Notes under the pieces: model-generated
Databases searched by the model: none
Told to the model about the DNA's origin: nothing
Seen by the model: the letters and a program-made list of their open reading frames with translations, nothing else
Assembly: GCA_965644295.1 (NCBI GenBank)
Contig: CBFFRP010000109.1
Coordinates: 62,001-126,000, forward strand
From: Paraphysomonas bandaiensis
Lineage: Eukaryota > Protista > Chrysophyceae
Reading direction: 5' to 3'
Length of the DNA stretch: 64,000 nucleotides
Shown: positions 10,261-22,629 of the stretch, one piece after another
Layout: every line of letters starts with the position of its first letter
Numbering within the stretch: the first letter of the stretch is position 1
Made by a program: the position numbers and the translations under genes

Positions 10261-13024
10261 TTACACTATATCATCTTCGTCATCCTTCTTCTCAGAGCCA
10301 AAAGGAATTAACTTTTGTTCACAGTTGGGTGGTATGTCTCTAGGCATTACTCTACGCAGCCAGTTTATCGCATTCATAACATTCGAGTCAGTGCGGTAAA
10401 AGTTCATCACTTTCATAATTTCATCTACAAGACCGTCTTTCAGAAGCGTGTTTTTCAGTTTCTTGTGCATGTTTCCGTGGATGCAGTACCCTATTAGTGT
10501 AATGCATGGTGCACATATCTCATTGTCGAGAGGAAAAGTTCTCATGCACCGCAGCGACAGAAAGGACACTTTCTCCCGTACATTGATTCGACTAAATCCA
10601 ATGCCTTCTTTCTGCGCAAATATTACAAGATAACGGAGCCCAATAAGGTGTTCATATCTGTTCATCGGAAACTCTGCAAGACGGTCTAACACAGCCAGCG
10701 GACCGCCTTTGACGACTCTTTTCCATTGTGAGGTTATAGATATCGGTTGCAGCTCTTCTCCTGGGATGACTGAGACAGAAGCTTTGGAGAGGTTTCCCCA
10801 ACCCCCGATATTGTATGCAGCGACAGCAAACTCAACCCGTACTCCAGAGGGAAGATGTGACACGTTGTACCTGTTGGCTCTCCATTTTCCAGTTTCATGA
10901 GGAACGAACTCTGCACCTGGCACAACCGACCAGTCATAGAAAAGTCGACAGTTGTTGCGCATGTATATCTTATAATGAGTAGGAGCAATGCCATCAAAAG
11001 CAGGCATCGACCACTCCAACAGGGCACTATTGGCAGTACACTTAATAATGAATGGTGCCATGGGAGGTGCAGGAGGACCACACAAGCAACACACTGGGTT
11101 ATTTGCTGCCGAGCAGTCATCATCCGGTACGAAAATGACGGGGTCCTGGGCGTGAGGAACCTTATTTCCACTTGAGTCTATCACAAACTCTACCGTGGTT
11201 GCTATTCTACTCTTCATCTCACGTCGCAAATAAAGAAAAAGGTCCATAGCAGATATGTAAGTACTATTATTAGCCGGAGAAATTCGCCCAGATAGACCGT
11301 CGCAAATTACTCGGCCAAAAAGAGTATACCTGTCCATGAGCGCACTGTACTGCCTAGGAGCAGTGCCGGTTTTCATCATATGATTATAATGCCTAGAACG
11401 GATGTAGTTTACAGGAGGAGCTAGGCCCAACTTGAAAACCCATGCAGCCAGCGCGAGACGGTACTTGATCATCTACATACACACAATAAATACGATACAA
11501 ATACATGACTAAATTTGTAGTGATCACAAAAAACATTTAACCCGCAACAAAAAATACCACTACGCAAATATAAAGAACTACCTCTTTCGTGGTAGGGAGG
11601 GCAAGTTGTATTCCAAGTTCCGACACTGCTTCTTCCTCCTCATCTGCAACCTTTCTGTCGCTTTCAATTTTAGCGTTTTTGCTCTTACTATCTTTTTCTT
11701 TATCCATCGACTCAGGTTTTACCTCTACTTTCTTCGTTTTCTTCTTCTTTGCCTTTTTCCTGGATTCTTTCTTTTCTACTCCATCAGGTTCTTCTTTTTT
11801 CTCGTCTTTGCCTTCTGCTACCGGTTCGGCGGTGACCTTCTTCCAACGCATGCCAGGCTGCTTCGGCTTAGTGGCTGAGATCTCGGTGTACTCGATTCCA
11901 CGCATCCATTCCTTCTGATACTCTGCTACGATATCGGCGGAGAGGTCTCGTTCTGCCAAGACTGCCACGCGCTGAATTTCTCCTACTCGGCTTGGCGTTC
12001 TTCTCAACGACGATTCAGAGGCAGAGGAAGGGGAAAGAACAGTCGTCGTGCCCGTAGATGTGCCGGCAGCTCCAGTGGAAATGCGCAAGGCGCCCCTTCT
12101 GGTGTTGGCCTGGGATGTCATAGGCTGGTGACTGTTCATGTCCGCTATTGTCGTGCCTACATTACAGGAGCCAATCACACAGGCCTTAGCCAGGTCCGCA
12201 AGACGCACTAGGCTGTCTTCTGTGGGATAAAGATAACGACTTTTGAACATAGACTTCGGGATGGGTTTTTGGTGGGCTGCATTGACAGCGATTACTTTAC
12301 GGTCACAGCCCAGTAGATGTATCAAGTGAGCAAACTCCGAGAGAGATAGTGAAGTCGCGGCTGCTTGCTTCGCACTGCGCCAGACCGTATCTTTAAAGCA
12401 CACATAGCAGTTGTCCTTTGTCTTGCCAACTTTGAGTTCAACAATATGTGTGCAGATATAAATGAACAAATACGACCTCTTCTTTATCATGCGTCGCATG
12501 CGATCCAGCGCATCCCTGAATGCCTTCACTGTCGGGTTCTTCAGAGATATAACATTCTCACCACGAAATTTACATATAAAGTCGTGACTTAAGAGATACT
12601 CGAACACGTTATGGTCTCCTTCAGTCTGTTGACTCAAGTCAGTCATACGTTCATTAGAAAATTTGCTACAAGTAATTAAGAGGGCGTAGCCATCTGCATC
12701 CGAAAACCCTGGGTCGTAATCTTCAGGGCATTGGAAGTCACGTGGTGTCGGTAGATCCCCGGCACCAAGAATTTTCGGTTTTTTAACGCTCGTCTCGCCC
12801 GTTGTTTTGTTTTTATAGTAGTACACACTTGTATTGCGGTCTTTCAACTTGACAAAGTTCTGGCGTATCATATCCTTTAGCAGATCACGGGCCATCTTCG
12901 CCCTGAAGGCATTCTGAATATAGCGAGCCGCTGCATCTTGCCTCTCTTCCTCAAGCTCCTCTTCAGATAAATCAAGAGCCTCATGATCATCATCGGGGTA
13001 ATCTTTTTCTTTCTTCTTTCCCAT
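10261..13024 (-). CDS. Two-exon protein: IQ motif + WW-like domain + caspase-like (C14) domain lacking the catalytic Cys + FN3 + helical C-terminus
   Basis: Exons 13024-11582 and 11472-10261 join in frame across a GT..AG intron (11581-11473); AARYIQNAFR (IQ); YYYKNKTTGETSVKKP (WW-like); LEWSMPAFDG..YKIY..FAVAAYNIGGWG (FN3). Confidence 0.8.
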
Positions 13025-13586
13025 CTTAGTTGATGTACGTCAATTTAATACAAATTGATGTGATGTGTATCGTGTCCTCCTCTGCTATGATATAACTATA
13101 TTACACTCTACTCCTCATATCATATCTTCTCCACTGAGAAAACATACACACTAGAGTGATGGCATTGATCTCTGATCAACTTATCAACACACAGCTCTAG
13201 GTAACTGCTAATCATGAAACAGTTTCTTCAAGGCCATAGCTGCTCATCATATGCATGTGTCTGTACATATATGCTCTCTACACACTGTGTAGTCATCATA
13301 TACAGTGCAGTTCAGTCAGTTATTTAAACCAATACATCAATAATAAAACTCTACTTTTCACGTATATATGCAGTCCCAAATACAGTATTTTGTGCTAATG
13401 CTGTAGATTCTCTATTTTTCTAACCTGAAAGTCGTGTTTTCCTTGTTACTTTCGATGTTTGGACATCTGCTTCTACACTGCAGCAGCATACGACGGCAGG
13501 ATATTATAAAAAAGGTTCGCTCTCTGCAGTGTGTATCTGCTGGATCAGTCCCTCATAGTGCAGATATCAGACATACACCATAACTG

Positions 13587-14391
13587 ATGATCAAAAACTA
13601 TACGCGGAATATTCGACAGCAGTATAAATCTGCAGTGAGATTGTTTTCACTTGCTCAAAATAGCGGCATCAGTGGCAAGCAGATAACACTATGGCACTCT
13701 CCTCATTCCAGATCACTCCGTTGCTTGTGGACAATGGAAGAAATGGGCATTCGTGACTATAATCTCATCACCATGCCTTTCCCTCCGCGTGTGTTTCACA
13801 AAGATTTTCTTAAGGCGAATATTCTTGGCACGATTCCTTATTTCGAAGATGGCGACAGCAAGATGACAGAATCTTCCGCCGGTGAGTAGTTGCCTACAGT
13901 AGATTATTGTATTGACTATTGCAGTGTGTCAGTACCTTGTCAGCAAATATGGTCCTACTTCTCTGGATGTGCAGCCACAGGATCCAGACTACGCATCGTA
14001 TTTGAATTGGTTACACCATGCTGACGCCACCCTGACATTTCCTCAGACCATAGTTTTAAGGTATACATTGCAGGAACCTGGAAGGGCTGACTCTGCAGTT
14101 GAGGATTATGCCAAATGGTACATTGCTCGCCTGCGATTGCTAGATAAGACTTTGGAAGACGGAAGAAAATACCTCGTTGGAGACCGATTTACCATAGCTG
14201 ACATCTGCGTTTCTTTCGCTCTGTATTTGGGGCAACATTTAAAGGTTAACGATGAGACCTTGTCATCACGCTACAAACCTCAGACAAAAGCATATTTGGA
14301 GGACATGATAAGCCGAGAGGCATTTTTGAAATCTCTGGCGATACAGAAACAATCCTTGAAGGATTTCAAGCAAGCTCATGAAGCTAAGTAA
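13587..14391 (+). CDS. Glutathione S-transferase, possibly with N-terminal targeting peptide
   Basis: SRSLRCLWTMEEMG, GTIPYF, MTES, YLVGDRFTIADI; 43-nt intron 13882-13924 joins the two track ORFs in frame. Confidence 0.92.
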
Positions 14392-14982
14392 GTAAAATTG
14401 CGCACATTACTTTATGTCCTCTACTGATGAAGTACGTATCGATGATTATCGGGAATTAATATTTAATGTGTTCAATTTATACAATATTCTGGTATGTTAG
14501 ATAGTGTGCTGGGAATCACCTGGACTGTGTTATTGACTGGTAATATACTATTATACATGATACACAATACACAGTATTAATACATCAGCTATAGTACGAG
14601 GCTTTTCTCAAGGATAGTCAAATTACTTCTTATCAGCCTTAGTCAGAAGTCAGCAAAGTTGGACTTCAGAGCAAATTCTCAAGATTTGATTTTCATAGCA
14701 TGGAATTACTTCTTGGTTTTCCTGTGGCTCTTGAATATTGAATAGAAAAGTCATTTAACTCGAGCCTACAACAGCTGTACACGAATACCCATCAGTACCA
14801 CCACGTGGGATTAATTGTAAAAGTAATTAGTAAGTAAGTAGTAAGTAACAAGTACTGTGTTGCGAATACACCGCCATCAGCCATTTCAACACATTCTAAT
14901 TAAATTGAGAAAAAATATTACTTATTTGAAAAAACAAAATATTTACACACATATAAGCAAAACTGGCAATATAGGTATACTG

Positions 14983-16402
14983 CTATAATTTGTTTTGTGG
15001 AGTTTCTAAGGATGAGATTGCACTATCAGGGTTCGTTGCGTGATTAGGAGCTTCCCTCCCACTCCGAATCTTAGCTAAGGCGGCCAGTTTTATTTGCTCC
15101 TCTTCCAATGCAAACAGTCGCAGATCCTACATAGCAATTACTGCGTACACTTATTATATAAAAAAGTAATATACCTCTCCATCCAAAGCCCCGCTACCAT
15201 CTTTATCCAGTTCATCAAACCGCTGCACACCACCATACTAAGTCAGTACTCACACGCGCATGCGCTTTTATACACACACCTTCAACCACGGCTTTATATC
15301 CCTCTCCATATCAAGACCATTCATTTGGACCAACATAGCTGTTAGAAACTCAACTTTATCCACCCCTCCGCCGTCCACATCCATGGCCAATATGGCACTC
15401 AGATCTAGCTTTCTCTCTAACAATGCAAGCTTCTGCTTCTCGTGCTTTATCTCGGCGTCAATCGCTGCAAGGTTACCTAACATGACAGATAACAAGCGAA
15501 TACACATACCAATAAATTTAAACCTATAGCGCCCGCCACCACAATAACTGACACGATGATGTAGAAAATAGAAAATATCCTGAGGGAGGCAGGAATAATT
15601 TTATTGAGAGTGAAACCTAAACAATGTCCGGTGATACCTGGATGACTCATACTCCAGAGTAAGATCCCCATATCCAACAGTCTACAGATCATATATGATA
15701 GTCACCATTAATACAGTAGGCTTGATGTGTATGACTTACCAATGTGGTAATAAAGCTCCAGTACAATGCTCTAATAAACGTCCAGTTCTCATTGTACTGA
15801 AAGAATAGAGTCCCGACAAGTACACAGAGAATGATCATGAAAAATGATAAAGCAATTTTCCATCCATGGGGCTCCTTGAGATCAGTAGGATCATCGTCTA
15901 GGTTTTCAAGGGCCTTTTTCTCAGCATAGTCGAGAATAGATCGCGCGAAGTCGTTTATTATCGTGAATATGAACACAAGACCAAATATAACATAGAAAAT
16001 TGTAAATATTCTGGAGCCTAGAGCAATGGATTCACACAAGGGTTAGTATCATAATCACACATACCGTCATCCGTAGGTGACAAATCTCCATATCCGACAG
16101 TCGTCACTTGGAATAATAAAGTATTAATATAATATAACACACACCATATGCCCCTTACATGACACAGTGATGAAGTACACGCAATCAACTATGTTCCAGT
16201 TCTCCCGATAATGGTAAAACAATATTCCAAACCCGTAAAACGCACAAACTACTGCTACATTTTTGAATACCTTGGAGTGCTTGGACAGCCAAGAGGACCA
16301 GTTCTCTTGCTGAGTTAGTGACTCCTCCACCACACAAGGGTCGATAAGATGAGAGTTCCCTTGTTTATTGGCTGTCTGAATCTCTCGAATTAATCGGGAC
16401 AT
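14983..16402 (-). CDS. Two-pore-domain K+ channel (TPK-like) with C-terminal EF-hands, multi-exon
   Basis: Two TVGYGD selectivity filters (~16090-16108 and ~15665-15682); hydrophobic helices; EF-hand-like DVDGGGVDKVEF and FDELDKDGSGALD. Confidence 0.9.
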
Positions 16403-17889
16403 CTTTGACAAGTTCTGTATAGGAGTGTGGAACAATGAGGCATCTGCTGGTAGCAGTAGCTTTGTAATTCTAACTGTGGCGTACTCTGTACCTGTACATA
16501 GACAGTACAGTACATGTATGTGTATCCTCATACGAGGAGCTTCTGCTGTACGTTTTTTGATGGTGAATTTTTGGTGATCTTTTGGCAGATTTCGAATTAT
16601 TTTTGTACACATCTCGGCTGATGGACACTCAGCGTCTGCCAGGCAGCATGTGCAGTCGACTGCTCTACAGTCGTGATGCTTGTGTTCTTAATGATGGGAG
16701 ACCGAAAAGGGGCATTCCACTCTCTAATTTATTGGCATGTGGCTATATATACTCTCTCTCTGGTAGTTGGATGGTATGATATATGAGAGAAGTTCAGTGC
16801 GTGTATGTCACTGTTGTGAAATGCCACATGACGACATATGCTCAGTATCGCAACTGACTTCAGGGCACACAATTCCGAATATGATATTTAAGCGTTGTGG
16901 TGACTGTATGGACCGCTATGCTTCGTCAAAATCATTTGGTGGTATTCGCTACGAAATTAATCTGCAAAGCCTCCCAGTGGTGATTATGGATTACAATAAA
17001 ACCCTGGATAGATTCAGTGGGACCACTTCTATGTATTACATAGTTGCAATTTTGTGTCTTTAATACATACACACACAGAGGAAAGGGGCGCTCATCCCGC
17101 TTAGGTATTCTTTCGGAGCCGAAAAGGCTCTCCGTATTGCAAGTAAACTTTCTTTCCTCTCTGTGTGTTTCATATATCACTGATGTTGGGTACATATTAC
17201 CCCAACTTGTGTTGTGGAAGCATTCTGTTGGGAAGCGGAGTTGAGTGTACAAAGTTACATAGTTACAGAATTTGCGTTCAAACATTTATAATGTTATTAG
17301 CTTCCACCAATGGAATCGTAACATTAACAGTGGTCTAGTTGTTTGAGTAGATACTCCTTACTATGTACTAGTTTTATAGTAAGGTACCATTGCTAAAGAG
17401 AAATTTTAAACTCAGTGACTGTACATCTGTACATTGTGTTGTGTGCATGTAGTGTATTGACACCGTCGCATAATGGTCAACGCAACCACTGTTCAAGTAC
17501 TACTAGTCTTCACACAATTGCTTTTAGAGTGGGGAACTCCGGCAGTAGTAGCAATTATTCGACTATATAATGTTATCAGAAACCTCTCTACTATCAATGT
17601 TTTTATCAGTAAGCAACTAGTCACCGGTGATTTCGTCATGTTATTTTCTTCGGCCTCGATCCTGGTATCAAGTGGCACTTATTGCAGTCAGTGGTTTCAG
17701 ACACTAATGAGAAGAAGAAATGCTGATAATCAACAAAAGAGGGAAAGGAAAAAATAAGCAGGTGTGCATCACTACTTTGTTTGAAACTGAAGTGTCCTTC
17801 CCACTTAAATTATTCACTCGTTAAGAGATATACGTGAATCAATGACTCCTAATACCTGCAAGTTCTGATAGTAGATTCTGTTGCACAGG

Positions 17890-18640
17890 TCACTACTTTC
17901 CAATCATCCGGATGTTTATGTGAAAATGAGTGGACTCTTTGCACTCAAAACCAAAACTATGGGAGGTTAAAACGTGTCATATCCCCACTCGATTCCTCAC
18001 TTGGGCAAGGTGCAACCACTTCCGCACTTTAGAGTGAGGGAGAATTTGTTTAGCGCGCTTTACAATTGTGCTGTAACCTCGCGAGGACTTCGTACTCTAG
18101 AAAAAGCAGTTGTCAATCTTCTCCAGCCGCTTTATGTTGCAGCTAAACAAATGATTCAAGACCGCAGTCGACGATACATTACCACACAAGGGGCCACATA
18201 TACCCCGCAGAACACGTCAGAAATGTAGCACCACACGATTAAAACGTAAAAACACACAACGGAAATCGATGGCTCTTCGCTTACTAGATGCAACAAGGAG
18301 ACCTAGCTTACCCCACGCGGCTATCTCTTCCACAACCCCTGCACAAGTGGAAATGCCACGGCGCTGTCTCCGCCAGCTAGTCTTTCGCCCTATGCCCACC
18401 TCGCAGCCTGCATCATCTCCTGACACGCCGGAGTCTCAATCTACCCCCTCGCCCATGTATCTCAGGCTAGGAACACTCGACTCACTAATTCAGAATCCTG
18501 TGCCTCCCCAAAGCCCTGCGAGCCCTAACCAAGATGCGCCCCCCTGACCAAGCATCATCGACACTCCAAGGACTCATGTCCATAGAGATCTTCTCTCCCT
18601 CACATTAAAGAACCAAAGTGGTTGTACCTTGGTGCTTGCG
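17890..18640 (+). pseudogene. Decayed mobile-element 3' end, possibly a GIY-YIG endonuclease running into the dispersed repeat
   Basis: DVYVKMS..LKRVIS and LRTLEKAVVNLLQPLY resemble GIY-YIG motifs; 18601-18640 matches 56884-56923. Confidence 0.4.
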
Positions 18641-19099
18641 TCGCATTGATCAAAGGCGAGTCTTAAGAAGGCGGTATTTTTTATGCGGCTACATGTCTAA
18701 TTGTTTCCATTGGCCAACTATTAATTCTGACACTTTCAGCGTATTTCTTCGGAAGGTATCTCGACTGTGCATCATAAGGACCGCACGTAATACTCAATCC
18801 TTTAATTCACATCAATCGAAGAAACTACACATTATGTGCATCTGACTTCCGACTACATACACACAAAGGCATTCTTTCTGGCATAAGACGTATCATTTAA
18901 ATGCAATTGAGAATGTTGTTTAAAATGTTTAAAAATTTACGGTTGATTGATATTAAGAGTTGTTGAACTTCTGATTTATTCTGATAATGAATTGGTAATG
19001 AATCTGTCGTGTTCAAACTTGAATTCTTTCTGCATAATAACTAATCAATCTCTTTTGCATGGTTCGCTCTAAAATCAATATCATTTCCATCTGCATCTT

Positions 19100-19313
19100 T
19101 ACAACCATTGGAACTGTCATATCCTTTTTAATAATCACTGATTCTACTACTGTTACTTAGTGTTGCCATTTCAGAATTTTTTGATTAGCTGAATAATTTT
19201 CAAGTCTCTACAACCATTGGAACTGTCATATCCATTTTAATAATCACTGATTCTACTACTGTTACTTAGTGTTGCCATTTCAGAATTTTTTGATTAGCTG
19301 AATAATTTTCAAG
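19100..19313. repeat. Direct tandem duplication, period 109 bp
   Basis: TACAACCATTGGAACTGTCATATCC...GAATAATTTTCAAG is present twice, nearly identical. Confidence 0.95.
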
Positions 19314-20303
19314 AGTTTGTAAGTAACTGAGTTTACAATAATCATATTCTTTAAAGTCACTCAGATTTTCTTCTGCTTCTCCCAATGATTGTTCAACAAT
19401 TGCTTTGTCCATATTGTGTAATATAAGCTTAGTTTATAAAATATTTTTAGAATATAAAAATGCTGCTATACTATAATATAAAATTAGCAAATTTATTTAA
19501 TCTTCCTCCTAGGTACATTACTTACAGAGTGAGTGTGTGACGTGAACTGACTCTGCTATGGCTATATAATACTGTTGTTCTTTCTACTACGTGTGTTCTC
19601 TCGTTGGGCTAATGATTACTAGGCTCAGGAAATATACTCACAATCCAGCTGGTACTCCGATTCATTCTTTCATATTGGTGGTCGTACAGCGCTCCTCTTT
19701 CATGTCTAAATGTGATGTCTAGATGTGTGAATATCCACATTGCCATACTCTTACATAACAATGTCAGAGAAGATGTACACAGGAGTGTGAATAGGGTGAA
19801 CCCCACACACTAATATGAAGCAGCAGATGTATGTGTATACATCTATAGAAGTATGACAAACGTGAGAAAAATGTTCTAATTTGGGACTTCTGAGTGAACG
19901 CTAAGTGTACCTATGCCACCACTCTCAACCCGCTGATCGTCATGAGCTACATAAGTGCAGCTTCCCGCAGAGGTGTTTGTAACTGCATGTGGCCTCAAGC
20001 GCGCACATAGTGTACGATCTCAAGTCCAATGCTCTAACGGATAAGCGTTGAAATCTTTAGTTTTTCTCGAAATAGCAGCAATTTCTCTTGAAAATCCTCA
20101 ATTTTTGTCATAACCTCTCTCATATTTCTCTGTCCATGTTTTGAAATCTGTGTATGTGTGTATATGGCAGACATATGTATGTACAGTGTGTATGTATTCA
20201 TGCATCTAGACGGTGATGGAGGGCCTCATCCACATGTATATATACACCTCCACATCACACATACATATATCTCTATACACATACATATCCCCTCATCACT
20301 CTG

Positions 20304-21800
20304 ATGCCTCTCAGTCAAAAGAAGAAGAAACAGGAAGGAGTGGTTGTACAGGAGCTGACCACTCTATACGAGAGCAAGCTGCTTCCCATCGAGAGGAAGT
20401 ACATGTTCCATAAGTTCCATGCGCCTGAAATACTGCCCAGTGAACTCAGTGCTAAGCCTCAAGTGCTTCTTCTGGGGCAATACAGCACTGGAAAAACAAG
20501 TTTCATAAGGAATTTATTGGGCAGTGATTATCCGGGTATACACATCGGCCCGGAGCCAACCACTGACAGGTTCATAGCTGTGGTTCATGGAGATGAAACC
20601 AAAGTCATTAAAGGAAACTCTCTTACAGCTGTGGATGATCTTCCTTATGCTGGATTATCTGTGTTTGGTGGGGGATTTCTCAATAAGTTTGAAGCTGCCG
20701 TTACCTCTTCTCCGATACTGAAGTAATTCATACACATCTCTAAGTCATCAATAATATTTTATATTTCTAGAGATATTTCTATCATAGATACGCCAGGTGT
20801 CTTGTCAGGAGAAAAACAGAGACTATCCAGAGGGTAAGTGTTACTTTTGTGATGAGGAGGCCAGGTACTTACTCCGTATGACAGTTATGACTTTGCTCAA
20901 GTCAGCAGGTGGTTCGCGGAGAGAAGTGACTTAATATTGTTGCTATTTGACTCCTACAAACTTGATATATCGGATGAATTTAAAGGCGTTATTGAGAATC
21001 TGAAAAATCATGACGACAAAGTTCACTGCGTCATGAACAAGGCTGATCAGCTAGATCCGGAGTCCCTTATGAAGGTTTACGGTGCATTGCTGTGGTCAAT
21101 GGGTAAGATATTCCGTGGTGCCGAAGTCCCTCGAGTGTACTGTGGATCCTTCCGCGAGGAAAAGCTTCAGCGAAAGGAGTTTGAGGCTCTGTTCGAGAAA
21201 GATAGGGCAGCACTCTTGGCCCATCTGGGTGAGCTTCCTCGGATGTGCGGCATGCGCAAAGTAAATGAGATGGTCAAGAGAATTCGTCTCAACATCGTAC
21301 ATGTCTGTATCCTAGGGCACCTCAAAAGTAAAATGCCTTACCTATGGGGGTTCGAGTCTACTCAAAAGAAACTTCTAAATAATCTAGAAGAAGTGTACAG
21401 GGAAGTCAGACACATGTATAACCTTCCCGAAGGTGATTTCCCCCCTGTGGCTGAATTCAGGGCTGAGCTGCAGAGTCATAATTTCTCGAAATTTCCAAAG
21501 TGCGATCGCGACACTTTGAATAAGCTCAAAGAGATGTTGAGTACGGATATACCCGTCATATTCAAGAGTATTGCAGGGGTATCCTCTGGTAAAGCAGCTG
21601 CTGACAACGAGGAGGACGGAGAAAACCGGAGTCTTCAGGCAATGATGGATTTCGACTTCAACTCTTCGGAGGGAACAGATACTAAAGCAGTTGTAGTGTT
21701 GACTGCTGTTTTGGTGCTGGTGATAGCGATTGCAATAGCTTTCTTTCATGATAATGGTGAGAGTCTACAGCGACTATTTAGCCAGGTGAAGGGAGCGTAA
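20304..21800 (+). CDS. EHD: EHD-family dynamin-like ATPase lacking the EH domain, with C-terminal transmembrane helix
   Basis: GQYSTGKT, IGPEPTTDRF, IIDTPGVLSGEKQ, SRGYDF, NKAD, LMKVYGALLWSMGK; introns 20723-20770 and 20834-20884. Confidence 0.92.
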
Positions 21801-22276
21801 GAGAAGCGGTTGTCACTTCCTTGCTTCCAAGTAGAGAATAATTTGAACACCTTCGATAATTTGTAATAATACTGTTTTAGTTTTATCGAGATTGCAGGCA
21901 TGCATTGGACCTATATTGGCGTATGCCATATTAATTCCATGTAAATATACAAATATACGTCCTATAGCAAGTCCAGTGTTGGTATATGACATAATCGTAA
22001 AGTTGTACGAGTTCGTATGGAGTGCGTAAAAACAGTACAAAATATTAAGGCCCTGTGGGTGTTGCCATCCTACCTTCAATGCCCTGTGTTGCTGCGCCTT
22101 TCGGGGGTAAAGTTTCTTTGTATTTGAGCAACTACTTGTATTTAGTTAATATAACCTTTACACCCTAATCGAATGCTATTCATGAACTAAGATTTAGATG
22201 AAAAAATCTTATGTTATTCTAATCTTCTTGTTTTTGTACGTTATCATAAAGCCCTCCTTTTTGATATCACAAACAC

Positions 22277-22629
22277 TGTTGAGTTCTGCAATATGATGTG
22301 ATATATATTGTGCAATTGAAGTGAGTTAACAGTGTGCAATTATAGGTAAAGTCAACTCATAGGTGTAACGGGTGATTATAGTTACAAAGGAGGAATTAAA
22401 TTCAGTTACTGATGTGTGACTATACAAGATATAGAACTGACTGATGAACATATGATAAACAGATGTTGCTATAAGAACAGATGTTTCAACATATGTTACA
22501 CGAATATGTAGTGAAGTGTTCAGAATAATAATCATAATTTTCTTACTTGAAAGTGCATTGTGTTCAACAGCAAGGTTAAGGCTTACGTGTAGAGCAAAGT
22601 TAACTTCAGTGAAATGTCAATAGTTAACA
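22277..22629 (+). repeat. Copia 5' LTR (353 bp)
   Basis: TGTTGAG...GTTAACA; no difference from the 3' copy seen by eye. Confidence 0.97.

Noticed and set aside
22326-22535. 69-aa minus-strand ORF duplicated at 27442-27651
   Set aside because: It is simply the antisense of the two LTR copies
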